A DNA stretch of 40,806 nucleotides, from positions 1 through 40,806 of the forward strand of contig JAZDDZ010000016.1 of the NCBI GenBank assembly GCA_043809245.1, given 5' to 3'. The number at the start of each line of letters is the position of its first letter. Position 1 is the stretch's first letter. Positions 18,520 to 27,461 of this stretch are shown here, in pieces. Source of the stretch: Candidatus Iainarchaeum sp. GTDB taxonomy: Archaea > Iainarchaeota > Iainarchaeia > Iainarchaeales > JAZDDZ01. The notes below the pieces were generated by a model. That model did no database searches. It was not told the origin of the DNA and worked only from the letters and a program-made list of their open reading frames with translations. The position numbers were made by a program, and so were the translations under genes.

Positions 18520-19711
18520 ACTGTTCTTATGGATTGCTGCTGGATGCGTGCTTGGAGTTTTCACTGGCCTGACTCCAGGCATCCACCTGAACACAATGGC
18601 ATTGTTTGTGGTTTTTTTTGCTGAGAAAGGGAACTTTCCCGCAGTGCTGCTGATTGTTGCGATGAGCGTAATGCATTCATTTATGGATTTCATTCCAAGC
18701 GTTTTTCTAGGGGCGCCAAGCGAAAAATATGAAAATGAGCGCCTGCTCCCAGGACATAAGCTGCTGCTCAAAGGCGAGGGGTTAAAGGCAGTGAAAATTT
18801 ACTCGCTCGGGGGATTGTTCGGCATAATTTGCGCGCTATTGCTCGTGCCTGCCTTGGCAGCCGTGTCATTGAAGTGGTTTGAATTTATTTACGCCGCAAT
18901 TCCTTTCCTGCTGCTTTCATTGATTGCCTTGATGGTTTTTTCAGAGAAAGGCGCGAACAGGAAAATCTGGGCTTTGGCGGTTGTTGGGCTTTCCGGTGTG
19001 CTTGGGTTCATTGCATTGAAAAACACTTCAACCGAGAACGCGCTGTTTGCCTTGATTTCGGGTTTTTTCGGCGCGGCAACAATCGCATATTCCTTCAAAA
19101 AAAATCCGCAGATAAAAAGGCAGAAAAAATGCAGCGGAAAATATCCTGCGGGAAAGGTTTTAAGGGCAAGCCTTGCGGGAGCTGTTGCAGGAAGCCTTGT
19201 CTCCCTTTTTCCAAGCATCAGCTCAAGCCAGGCCGCGTTTGTTGCAGTTAAGTTTTTGAAAAAAATTTCAACAAAAAGCTATATCGTTTTGCTTGGCGCG
19301 ATAAATTCAAGCAACATGTTTTTCGGGTTCTTAGTGCTTTTCCTGCTCGGCAAGGCAAGGAACGGCGCGGTTGTCGCGGTAAAGCAGATAATTGAAGTTA
19401 ACGCGGAGCAGCTGCTGCTAATCATCGCAACAGTTCTTTTCTGCTCAGGCATTGCGGCAATCGCCTCGGAATTTTTTGCGGAAAAATTCGCTGAAAAAAT
19501 CGCGGGCTTTGATTACAGGAAGGTGAACCTTGCCGTGCTTTTATTCCTTGCTTTTTTCGTTATGTTTCTCGCGGGATTGAACGGCCTGCTGCTGTTTGTA
19601 ACCTCTTCCGCGCTTGGAATTGTCGCATTGACTTCTAATGTGAAGCGAAGCCACTGCCTTGCTTTCCTGATGGCGCCGACAATTGCATTCTATCTGCATT
19701 TGGGCTTTTGA
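18512..19711 (+). CDS. TctA/DUF112-family polytopic membrane protein
   Basis: GVFTGLTPGIHLN, HSFMDFIPSVFLGAP, LLPGH, ARNG; about 12 TM helices; overlaps the upstream OB-fold gene. Confidence 0.85.
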   Translation: MIELFLWIAAGCVLGVFTGLTPGIHLNTMALFVVFFAEKGNFPAVLLIVAMSVMHSFMDFIPSVFLGAPSEKYENERLLPGHKLLLKGEGLKAVKIYSLGGLFGIICALLLVPALAAVSLKWFEFIYAAIPFLLLSLIALMVFSEKGANRKIWALAVVGLSGVLGFIALKNTSTENALFALISGFFGAATIAYSFKKNPQIKRQKKCSGKYPAGKVLRASLAGAVAGSLVSLFPSISSSQAAFVAVKFLKKISTKSYIVLLGAINSSNMFFGFLVLFLLGKARNGAVVAVKQIIEVNAEQLLLIIATVLFCSGIAAIASEFFAEKFAEKIAGFDYRKVNLAVLLFLAFFVMFLAGLNGLLLFVTSSALGIVALTSNVKRSHCLAFLMAPTIAFYLHLGF

Positions 19712-20112
19712 TGCCCCTTTTATTTTTTTCCGGGCAGCAATTAATCGTGTTAATCAAGAAAAACCTGCTGCTTGACTTGCTTGAGGCTGCAAAAAACACT
19801 TTTCCCGACGAGTTTTTCGCATTGCTTGCGGTAAAGGAAAAAAATGGCACAATAGAGGAATTTGTCGTTGTTCCCGCGGTTTACGGAAAAGCCCACACGC
19901 TTTTTCGCTCGGACTTGATTCCATTTGACAAAAAAATCGTTGGCTCAATGCACTCGCATCCCTCGCCAAACGCATTTCCATCTGAAGCCGACCTTCAGGC
20001 ATTCAGGCGTTTGGGGCAAATACATTTAATTGTTGCAGCGCCATTTAATTTAGGCTCGATAAGGGTTTTTGACGGAAAAGGGAAGAGAACGCAGTTAACG
20101 GTGGTTGATTGA
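19708..20112 (+). CDS. JAB/MPN (Mov34, JAMM) metalloprotease
   Basis: PDE (catalytic Glu) and GSMHSHPSPNAFPSEAD JAMM motif. True start may be a few codons downstream. Confidence 0.88.
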   Translation: MMPLLFFSGQQLIVLIKKNLLLDLLEAAKNTFPDEFFALLAVKEKNGTIEEFVVVPAVYGKAHTLFRSDLIPFDKKIVGSMHSHPSPNAFPSEADLQAFRRLGQIHLIVAAPFNLGSIRVFDGKGKRTQLTVVD

Positions 20113-21317
20113 ATAAAAAAATAATTTTCATTGTGTGCGATGGCCTTGGCGACAGGCCTGTGAATTCGCTTGGCGGGAAAACGCCGCTCGAGGCAGCCAA
20201 AACACCAAACCTTGATTTGCTTGCTGAAAAGGGAATCACTGGATTGATTGATGTAATCGACAAAAGCATTTACCCTGATTCGGATATAGCGCACCTCGCG
20301 CTCTTTGGTTTAACGCCGGAGCAAAGCAAAATTGAACGCGGCCCAATCGAGGCACTCGGCATAGGCATGGATTTGGGAAAAGAAGATGTTGCATTCCGGT
20401 GCAATTTTGCAACAGTGAATGAGAAAATGGAGATAATTGACAGGCGTGCGGGAAGAATTGACGGAACTGAACCATTGGTAAAGGCACTGAATGGCATTGA
20501 AGTGCAGGGAATTAAATTTCTTGCGGCAAAGGGAACAGGGCATCGCCTTATTCTTGTTATGAAAGGAAAGGGGCTTTCGGGAAATGTTTCCTCAAATGAC
20601 CCGAAAGCCATTGGGGTGAAAAGCCCTGAAGTTAAGGCGCTTGATGCATCTGATGAAGCAAATCTATCTGCAGGCGCATTGAATGAATTCCTTGCAAAAG
20701 CTCGCGAAATCCTTTCAGCGCACCCGTTCAACAAAAAAAGGGAAATGAAAGGGCTTTTGCCAGCGAACTATCTTCTCTGCAGGCACGGCGGAAAAATTGC
20801 ATTGATTCCTTCAATGAAGCAAAGGTTTGGAGTTAATTCCGCTTGCATTGCGGGTGCGGGATTGTATAAAGGAATCGGAAGGCTTTTGGGGATGCGGTTA
20901 ATTGAAGTGAAGGGCGCAACAGGCCTGCCTGATTCGGATTTGAATGCAAAAATTTTTACGGCAATCAAGGCGCTCAAGGAATTTGACTTCGTTTTCGTTC
21001 ACATTAAGGCTGCTGACAGCCTTGGCGAGGACGGAAACGCGGAGGGAAAGAAAAAATTCATTGAAAAAATCGACAAGGCAATGGCGCCACTGGTTTCGCT
21101 CAAGGGCTCGCTTGTGGTTGTCACTGCAGACCACTGCACTCCATGCGAATTGAAAAAGCACTCAAGCGACCCTGTTCCTGTGCTTGTTTCATGCGAGGGG
21201 GCAGAGGCAAATGGAGTGAAACGTTTCTCAGAAAAGGATTGCTCAAAGGGAAGCCTCGGGAGAATTAGGGGAATTGAACTGATGCCTCTGCTAATGCGCC
21301 TCGCAAGCAAAAGGTAG
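20109..21317 (+). CDS. apgM: 2,3-bisphosphoglycerate-independent phosphoglycerate mutase
   Basis: DGLGD, KTPLEAAKTPNLD, AFRCNF, DRRAGRI, HIKAAD, TADHCTP, HSSDPVP. Confidence 0.93.
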   Translation: MNKKIIFIVCDGLGDRPVNSLGGKTPLEAAKTPNLDLLAEKGITGLIDVIDKSIYPDSDIAHLALFGLTPEQSKIERGPIEALGIGMDLGKEDVAFRCNFATVNEKMEIIDRRAGRIDGTEPLVKALNGIEVQGIKFLAAKGTGHRLILVMKGKGLSGNVSSNDPKAIGVKSPEVKALDASDEANLSAGALNEFLAKAREILSAHPFNKKREMKGLLPANYLLCRHGGKIALIPSMKQRFGVNSACIAGAGLYKGIGRLLGMRLIEVKGATGLPDSDLNAKIFTAIKALKEFDFVFVHIKAADSLGEDGNAEGKKKFIEKIDKAMAPLVSLKGSLVVVTADHCTPCELKKHSSDPVPVLVSCEGAEANGVKRFSEKDCSKGSLGRIRGIELMPLLMRLASKR

Positions 21318-21356
21318 TTTTAAATATAAATAATTTGTAATAATAAAAGACTGATT

Positions 21357-21791
21357 ATGAAAGCGATTGGAAGAAAAGGGCAGCTGAGCTTTGACCTGTT
21401 CTTTGCAGTGATTGTTGTTGCAATCGTTGCACAGGTTTTCACGGCATACACACTTGACATTGCGGGCAGCCAGCAGGTCATTTCCATTAAAAGCCAGGAA
21501 AAACAAATTGCAATGGATTTGAAGGCATTGCTTGAATCCACAAAAGCGTTAAGCGACGGAACTTATAGCATTGAGTATACTCCTGAAAAGATTCACGCAA
21601 TCGGGACAAAGAACCGGATTAACTGCACTATCGACATAGCTGGTTCGCCGCCAACAATAACTGTCTCAGCCCCTGAGGAGTTTGGCGGCACTTCAACCGC
21701 TGTTGAACTGACTGCACTCCCCGCTGGAACAACTTTCTCCCCGACTCTGCCAGCGCCGTGCAGCCAAAAGCTTACAATAAGCAAACCCTGA
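21357..21791 (+). CDS. Pilin-like protein, class III signal peptide
   Basis: RKG|QLSFDLFFAVIVV; TTTAAATATAA box upstream at 21319-21329. Confidence 0.8.
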   Translation: MKAIGRKGQLSFDLFFAVIVVAIVAQVFTAYTLDIAGSQQVISIKSQEKQIAMDLKALLESTKALSDGTYSIEYTPEKIHAIGTKNRINCTIDIAGSPPTITVSAPEEFGGTSTAVELTALPAGTTFSPTLPAPCSQKLTISKP

Positions 21792-21809
21792 CATTTGTTG
21801 TGATAAAGC

Positions 21810-22373
21810 ATGAATGGAAAAGAAAAAGGCCAGATTTTTTCATTGGACTTCATTCTCTCAATGGTTTTGGTGATGCTTGCATTGGGCCTGATGTTCCAGT
21901 TCATGGAGGCAAACGCATACAGCTTCAAAAAAGCCGAACTGGACGAAGAGCTTAACGCGGTAGGGGAAACCGCGGCGTATTTGCTTGTGACGAATCCTGC
22001 AATCACCTGTGATTTGGTTGATGCTTCCGATTTAAAAATTGGCGAGCTTAACAACTGCCTTGCAAGAAACAATAACCTGCAGATAACCGGTGAAAAACTC
22101 GGATTGCCGACTTCGTTCAATTATTGCCTAACCAGCGATGGTGTGCCGGGAGACTCCATTCATCCCTCATCATACACTGACTGCACAGCCTCAAGCCTGC
22201 CTCCAAGCGGCGTAAAAGATGTTTTTTCAGCAAAAAGGAAAATAATAGTGTACAAGCCCAACGGCGAAAACAAGGATTCATTTCCAAAAAGTGAACTGCT
22301 TGACTGCCGGATAAATAGGAACTGCCAGAAAATTTATTTCAGGACATTAACTTTAAAGGTGTGGCGCTCATGA
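21810..22373 (+). CDS. Pilin-like protein, class III signal peptide
   Basis: EKG|QIFSLDFILSMVLV; paired cysteines in the C-terminal domain. Confidence 0.8.
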   Translation: MNGKEKGQIFSLDFILSMVLVMLALGLMFQFMEANAYSFKKAELDEELNAVGETAAYLLVTNPAITCDLVDASDLKIGELNNCLARNNNLQITGEKLGLPTSFNYCLTSDGVPGDSIHPSSYTDCTASSLPPSGVKDVFSAKRKIIVYKPNGENKDSFPKSELLDCRINRNCQKIYFRTLTLKVWRS

Positions 22374-22699
22374 AAAAAAAAGGCTTTGTTTTCACTATTG
22401 ACTCCATTGCCGCAATTGGCGCTGTAATCATCCTGATGGGCGCTTATCTTTTTTTCACGCAGTCAGCGCAAGGAGGATTGACTGCAAAAAGCACTGTGGA
22501 TGCCGATACATTTGATGCCTCAATGGTTGGCTTTTATCTGGACAAGGAAGCGAGCGAGTTTTCCCCGCTAACGGATTCGCCAAGCGCATTCTCGGCAAAC
22601 AAATTCGGCTACTGCAGCTTTAGAATTGATTATCCGCTCAACACCAACACAAGCCAATCGGCTTTTTCATTTATAAAATACTGCGGGGGCTCGGGATGA
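22370..22699 (+). CDS. Pilin-like protein, class III signal peptide
   Basis: ATGA overlap; MKKKG|FVFTIDSIAAIGAVIIL. Confidence 0.78.
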   Translation: MKKKGFVFTIDSIAAIGAVIILMGAYLFFTQSAQGGLTAKSTVDADTFDASMVGFYLDKEASEFSPLTDSPSAFSANKFGYCSFRIDYPLNTNTSQSAFSFIKYCGGSG

Positions 22700-23232
22700 A
22701 CGGAAAAGGCGTTTACACGGCAATAATCGCGGTAATTGCATTGGTTGTGCTTGCGTCTTTCGCTTACCAAGCGGTTAATTTGGTGAACGAGCAGAAAACA
22801 ATGGATTTGCCTAAAAAGGTTTACGAACTGAAAAGCGTTTGGCTAAAGGCAAAGTTCGCATTGGACAGCGCGACAGGCGACGCGGCATATGATGAAACAG
22901 CAGCGGGCTGCACTGAAAGCCTTTCAGCAGTTGTGCTTCAAAATTCATATTACCAAAAAGTAACAGACGCCATTAATGATTCCACTGGTTTCGAGTGCAG
23001 TGCACAACCAGTCTCTGTAAACCCTTTGGGTGGAGGCGAATACTCTGTATCGGCTACCCTGGACTGCAGGAAAACTTTTTCAGAAAACGAAATCAGCTAC
23101 AATAACACGGTTACTTTCGGAAAAATAATACAGAAGTTTGAAAACCCCCCTGGCATATGCAATGTGAACATAGTGGATACGCAGGCGGATTACTGTGAAA
23201 TAAGGGAATTCGATGGCGATCCTCCCTGCTGA
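22696..23232 (+). CDS. Pilin-like protein, class III-like signal peptide
   Basis: ATGA overlap; MNGKG|VYTAIIAVIALVVL; six cysteines. Confidence 0.72.
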   Translation: MNGKGVYTAIIAVIALVVLASFAYQAVNLVNEQKTMDLPKKVYELKSVWLKAKFALDSATGDAAYDETAAGCTESLSAVVLQNSYYQKVTDAINDSTGFECSAQPVSVNPLGGGEYSVSATLDCRKTFSENEISYNNTVTFGKIIQKFENPPGICNVNIVDTQADYCEIREFDGDPPC

Positions 23233-23245
23233 AGAAAAAAAATGC

Positions 23246-24565
23246 CTAAAACAGCTTGACAATTTCTTTCCCTATTCCCGAACCGTATTGAATTGCTTTT
23301 TTTTGGCGCAAATATGCCGCTGAAGACAGGCCGAGTGCTTGCGCGATTTTTCTGATTGGATGCTTTCTTAATTCGTCTTTTGGGGAGAGGATTTTTTCTT
23401 TCGCGGGAAAAGCAAGAGCTGAGCGCAGAAAACCGCGCTCGAGGAACGGAGCGCTTAAATCAAGGAAATGCCTTGAAGCGATTGCCTCGTCGCGGTAAAA
23501 ATTGCGCGACCACATCTGCTGAAGCATTGAATGAATTTCTGTTTCAACGCCCTTTAATCCCTTTTCAGCCAGCGTTTGCTTGAACGAAGAATAGCCGCAG
23601 AACAATTCATCCGAGCCCTGGCCTGAGAAAAGAATTTTTTCCCCGTGCTTTTTTGCCTCTGCGCACGCAATGAATTCAGGAACAGCGATTGTCAGCTGCA
23701 TTTCATCGAAAAAGCAAAGCGTTTTCAGCGCCGCAAGTGCAAAATCTTTTAGTTCGCTTTTTTCAACTATGCGCAAATGGAGCTTTAACCCAAGCTCTTG
23801 CGAGGTTTTTTCCGCTTCCTTCACATCCGGAGAGCCCTGCATTCCGACAGTGTAAAGGGAAACGTTTTTCACTTTTTCAGAAACCGCTTTCGCTATGGCG
23901 CTGGAGTCGACTCCGCCGCTGAAAAGGACGCCGGCGCGCTTCAAGCCACTGGTTGAAAGGGAAATGGATTCGTTAAATGAATCAAGCAATTGTTCGAAAG
24001 ATGTTTTTGCTGGAACTGTTTTAAGGAAATCGTTGAGGTCAAAGATTTTTTGCGCGGAAATTGCCTTTTCATTCAATTGAACTGCATGGCCTGGCGGCAA
24101 TGGCTCTGGAAAAGTTATGTTCAGCTTCTTCAAGGCGTTTGGTTCAGAGGCAAATGCATTAAAGCGCGGGTTTGAGCCAAACCATATTGGCTTCAGGCCC
24201 AGAAAGTCCCGGAAAGCAAGGAATGAATCGGTTTCATTTAATGCGATTGCATATCCCCCATTTGCCTTTGAAACGAATTCGCGCAGGTTTTCGGCGTTTG
24301 GCATAGGAAGCTCTTCTTGGTTGAGCAATGCACCGTCAAGTATTGTGGCTTTGGATTCATTTGAATAAGAAAACGCAATGCCCTTTGAGCCTTCAATTGA
24401 TTTTTCCTGCATTTCCTTGAGGGAATCGGCTTTTGCCTCGCCTTTATCCGTCAGAATAACGATTTTGTTTTGCCCGCACCTGTGCTTCATTGAGTAAAGC
24501 AGGTCAAGAAGCAGGCAGAATACGGGCTCATCCTGCTTTGATGCGATTGATGCTATTGCATTCAT
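23246..24565 (-). CDS. Asparagine synthetase B-like protein with degenerate glutaminase domain
   Basis: RDFLGLKPI, FASE, PP-loop LFSGGVDSS, SGQGSDELFCGY, APFL; the N-terminus MNAIASI lacks the Ntn Cys. Confidence 0.85.
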   Translation of the reverse strand: MNAIASIASKQDEPVFCLLLDLLYSMKHRCGQNKIVILTDKGEAKADSLKEMQEKSIEGSKGIAFSYSNESKATILDGALLNQEELPMPNAENLREFVSKANGGYAIALNETDSFLAFRDFLGLKPIWFGSNPRFNAFASEPNALKKLNITFPEPLPPGHAVQLNEKAISAQKIFDLNDFLKTVPAKTSFEQLLDSFNESISLSTSGLKRAGVLFSGGVDSSAIAKAVSEKVKNVSLYTVGMQGSPDVKEAEKTSQELGLKLHLRIVEKSELKDFALAALKTLCFFDEMQLTIAVPEFIACAEAKKHGEKILFSGQGSDELFCGYSSFKQTLAEKGLKGVETEIHSMLQQMWSRNFYRDEAIASRHFLDLSAPFLERGFLRSALAFPAKEKILSPKDELRKHPIRKIAQALGLSSAAYLRQKKAIQYGSGIGKEIVKLF

Positions 24566-24579
24566 CCAGACACCCTCAA

Positions 24580-26361
24580 TTAAACAGTGTAATAGTATTC
24601 GCCTTTCTGTTTTTGCTCTGTATCCTTGACTGAATCCTGCTTGTTTGCCCTTGGCCTGCCGCTTGATTCGTCGCGCCTGAAGGTAATGCCAAGGTTTTTG
24701 AGGAAAAGGTTCATTCCCTCATGCATTGATTTTGGGGCCAAGGCATGGCCTTTTTTTCCCGGTTCCCCTTCAAAGACAATGAGCCTTTCACTCACATAGT
24801 CCTGGAACAAGATGTCGTGGTCCACGACTAGCGCTGGCTTTCCAGTGGTGTCTGCAACGCCTTTAATCGCTTCAGCTACTTTCAAGCGGTCCTCTGCGTC
24901 AACGAAAGCGCTTGGCTCGTCCAAAAGGAAAATGTCAGCGTCATTCATGCATAGCGCCAATGAAACAGCCACTTTCTGGAGTTCGCCGCCACTTAAATCC
25001 GCGGCGTTTTTTTCCATTAAATCCGAGACATTCAGGCGCCTGTCAACCTCAAGCTTGAATAATTCGCGGTCAATGCCTGCCTTGTTAAGAAGCTCTTCTA
25101 CTGTAAAATTTTTCTGAGCCGCAATGTGCTGTGGCTTGAAAGCAATCTTAAGGGTTTTGTCAACCTCGCCTTTTGTCGCGGGTTCAAGGCCCGCGAGCAT
25201 TTTAACAAAAGTAGTTTTGCCTATAGCGTTCGGGCCCAAAATGCCTACAACTTCTCCTTTGCGCAAATGCCCTGCATCTGTTGAAAGGGAAAACGAGGGA
25301 AAAGTTTTTTCAAGCGCGCCATATTCAATTACAACGCTTCTTTTGCTTTCCTCAACCGGGGGCCTGACTGCGAACTTGATTGCGTGGTCCCTGAAGCGCA
25401 GATTTTCATCTGAAATAAAGCCTTCCAGGAATTCGTTTATGCCTGCGCGGACTGTTTTAGGCGAGGAGACAACCCCGTAAACCGCGGGGGTTCCAAAAAA
25501 GATGTGCGTGAAATCACTTAAATAGTCAAGGACTGCGAGGTCGTGTTCAATAACCAAAACACCTTTCCCTTCAGCTGTCAAAGCGCGGAGTGCTTTCGCC
25601 ATTTTCAGGCGCTCTGAGACATCAAGGAAAGAAGAGGGTTCGTCAAAAGAGTAAATCTCTGCGTCCTTCAGCCATGCCGCGGCGATTGCAACCCTTTGTA
25701 GTTCACCTCCGCTTAACTCGGAAAGGCTTCGCTCAAGGGAATTCTCAAGGTTGAAAAAATGCACGGCTTCACTGAATTTTTTTCTTTCATCCACTTTTTT
25801 CAACAGCTCTTTTACTTTTCCTTTTGCAATGCGCGGCAACTCCTCAATGTTCTGTGGCTTGAATGAAACAGTTATGCCCTCAGATTTAAGGTTTTTGAAG
25901 AATGACTGAATCTCTTTTCCCTTGAAGAAATCAATCACCTTATCGAATGAAGCGGGCTCAGCGTAATCGCCTAAATTGGGTATAAGCTTTCCGGAGAGGA
26001 TTTTCAATGCAGTTGTTTTGCCAACCCCGTTTTTTCCAACCAAGCCAAGCACTTCGCCTTTGCGCGGAAATGGAAGCCTGTAAAGCCTGAAGGAATTCTG
26101 TGAAAACTGGTGGATTGGCTCCTTCAAGGAGACTGAGAGGTTGATTACGTGTATTGCGTGGAATGGGCATTTTTGCACGCAGATTCCGCAGCCAGTGCAG
26201 AGGTCTTCGGAAATCAATGGCTTCTGTGTCAATTCGCTTTTGACAATGCATTCCTTGTCCATTTTGTTTATCGGGCATACTCTAATGCATAAGTAATTGC
26301 ATTTTTCCGGCTGGCATTTGTCATAGTCAATTACCGCTATCCTGGTTTTCTGTTCCTTCAT
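24580..26361 (-). CDS. rli: Ribosome recycling ATPase ABCE1/RLI
   Basis: Two Fe-S motifs (CQPEKCNYLCIRVCP, CTGCGICVQKCP), two ABC domains with LSGGELQ, C-terminal GRPRANK...GEYYY. Confidence 0.97.
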   Translation of the reverse strand: MKEQKTRIAVIDYDKCQPEKCNYLCIRVCPINKMDKECIVKSELTQKPLISEDLCTGCGICVQKCPFHAIHVINLSVSLKEPIHQFSQNSFRLYRLPFPRKGEVLGLVGKNGVGKTTALKILSGKLIPNLGDYAEPASFDKVIDFFKGKEIQSFFKNLKSEGITVSFKPQNIEELPRIAKGKVKELLKKVDERKKFSEAVHFFNLENSLERSLSELSGGELQRVAIAAAWLKDAEIYSFDEPSSFLDVSERLKMAKALRALTAEGKGVLVIEHDLAVLDYLSDFTHIFFGTPAVYGVVSSPKTVRAGINEFLEGFISDENLRFRDHAIKFAVRPPVEESKRSVVIEYGALEKTFPSFSLSTDAGHLRKGEVVGILGPNAIGKTTFVKMLAGLEPATKGEVDKTLKIAFKPQHIAAQKNFTVEELLNKAGIDRELFKLEVDRRLNVSDLMEKNAADLSGGELQKVAVSLALCMNDADIFLLDEPSAFVDAEDRLKVAEAIKGVADTTGKPALVVDHDILFQDYVSERLIVFEGEPGKKGHALAPKSMHEGMNLFLKNLGITFRRDESSGRPRANKQDSVKDTEQKQKGEYYYTV

Positions 26362-26416
26362 GAAAAAATCTGGGTCGGGATTGTTTTTAAACCTTTAACG
26401 CATTTAACGCTATTAT

Positions 26417-27454
26417 ATGCGCATACTGAAGGTTGACCGCGAGAACAATTTTTTTGAAGTGGTTCCGGAAAGCCTGGACGACCTATGGCACCTGGAGAAA
26501 GTGCTGGAAAAAGGCGACATTGTAAGCGGGAAAAGCGAGAGAAAGATAAAGCCGTCAAAGGAAGGCGAGAAAACATTCAGGGAAACGATTTTTGTTGAAA
26601 TAAGCGTGGAAAAGATTGAATTCCACAAATTTTCCGGCATGTTAAGGCTGAATGGGGTTATTGTCGGGGGAAAGCCCTTAGAGCTGATTGAATTGAAGGC
26701 GCACCACGCGCTGGAGGTTTTCGAGGGGCATAAAATAAAGGTGCAGAAGCAGAGGCTGAAAAACTACCAGGTTGAAAGGCTGGAGAAGGCAAAGAACGCG
26801 AGCGCGAGGGAAAAATTCCTCTTGGTTGTTTTGGATGACGAGGAAGCAGAGCTTGCATTGCTAAAGGACTTTGGCTTTGAATTCAAGGGAAAAATTTTCG
26901 CGGGAAAAGAAGGGAAAAGATACAAGAGCGAGAAAAAGGGAAACGATTATTTTGATGAACTGCTGAAAAAAGTGCACGAAATTAAGGCTGAAAAGGTTTT
27001 GTTTGCAGGCCCTGGTTTCACAAAGCAAAACCTGCAGAAATACCTCGGGGGCAAGGGAGTGAAGCTAAAGGCGTTCTTTGATTCAACGAATTCGATTGGA
27101 AGCACTGGCCTGAACGAATTAGTGAAAAGCGGTGCTGTTGACAAAATAGTGAAAGACTTGCAGTTAAGCAAGGAAACCATGCTGGTTGAACGCTTGTTCC
27201 TTGAGATTTCACGCAACGGCAACGCGGTTTACGGTGCAAGCGAAGTGAAGCGCGCAGTTGATTTCGGCGCGGTTGAAGTGCTGCTTGTTTCAGAGGAAAG
27301 ACTGCTTGAGGAAAGGGAGGAAATAGAGAAATTAATGGATTCAGCGGAAAAAAACAGGGCAGAAGTGCACTTAATCGGCTCGGAAAACGAGCCGGGAAAA
27401 AAATTAAAAGGGATTGGTGGAATAGCTGCTATAACGAGATACAAAATTGGGTGA
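26417..27454 (+). CDS. pelA: mRNA surveillance / ribosome rescue protein Pelota (aDom34)
   Basis: PESLDDLWHL, LRLNGVI, AGPGF, YGASEV, GAVEVLL, GGIAAITRY. Confidence 0.95.
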   Translation: MRILKVDRENNFFEVVPESLDDLWHLEKVLEKGDIVSGKSERKIKPSKEGEKTFRETIFVEISVEKIEFHKFSGMLRLNGVIVGGKPLELIELKAHHALEVFEGHKIKVQKQRLKNYQVERLEKAKNASAREKFLLVVLDDEEAELALLKDFGFEFKGKIFAGKEGKRYKSEKKGNDYFDELLKKVHEIKAEKVLFAGPGFTKQNLQKYLGGKGVKLKAFFDSTNSIGSTGLNELVKSGAVDKIVKDLQLSKETMLVERLFLEISRNGNAVYGASEVKRAVDFGAVEVLLVSEERLLEEREEIEKLMDSAEKNRAEVHLIGSENEPGKKLKGIGGIAAITRYKIG

Positions 27455-27461
27455 TGAAAAA

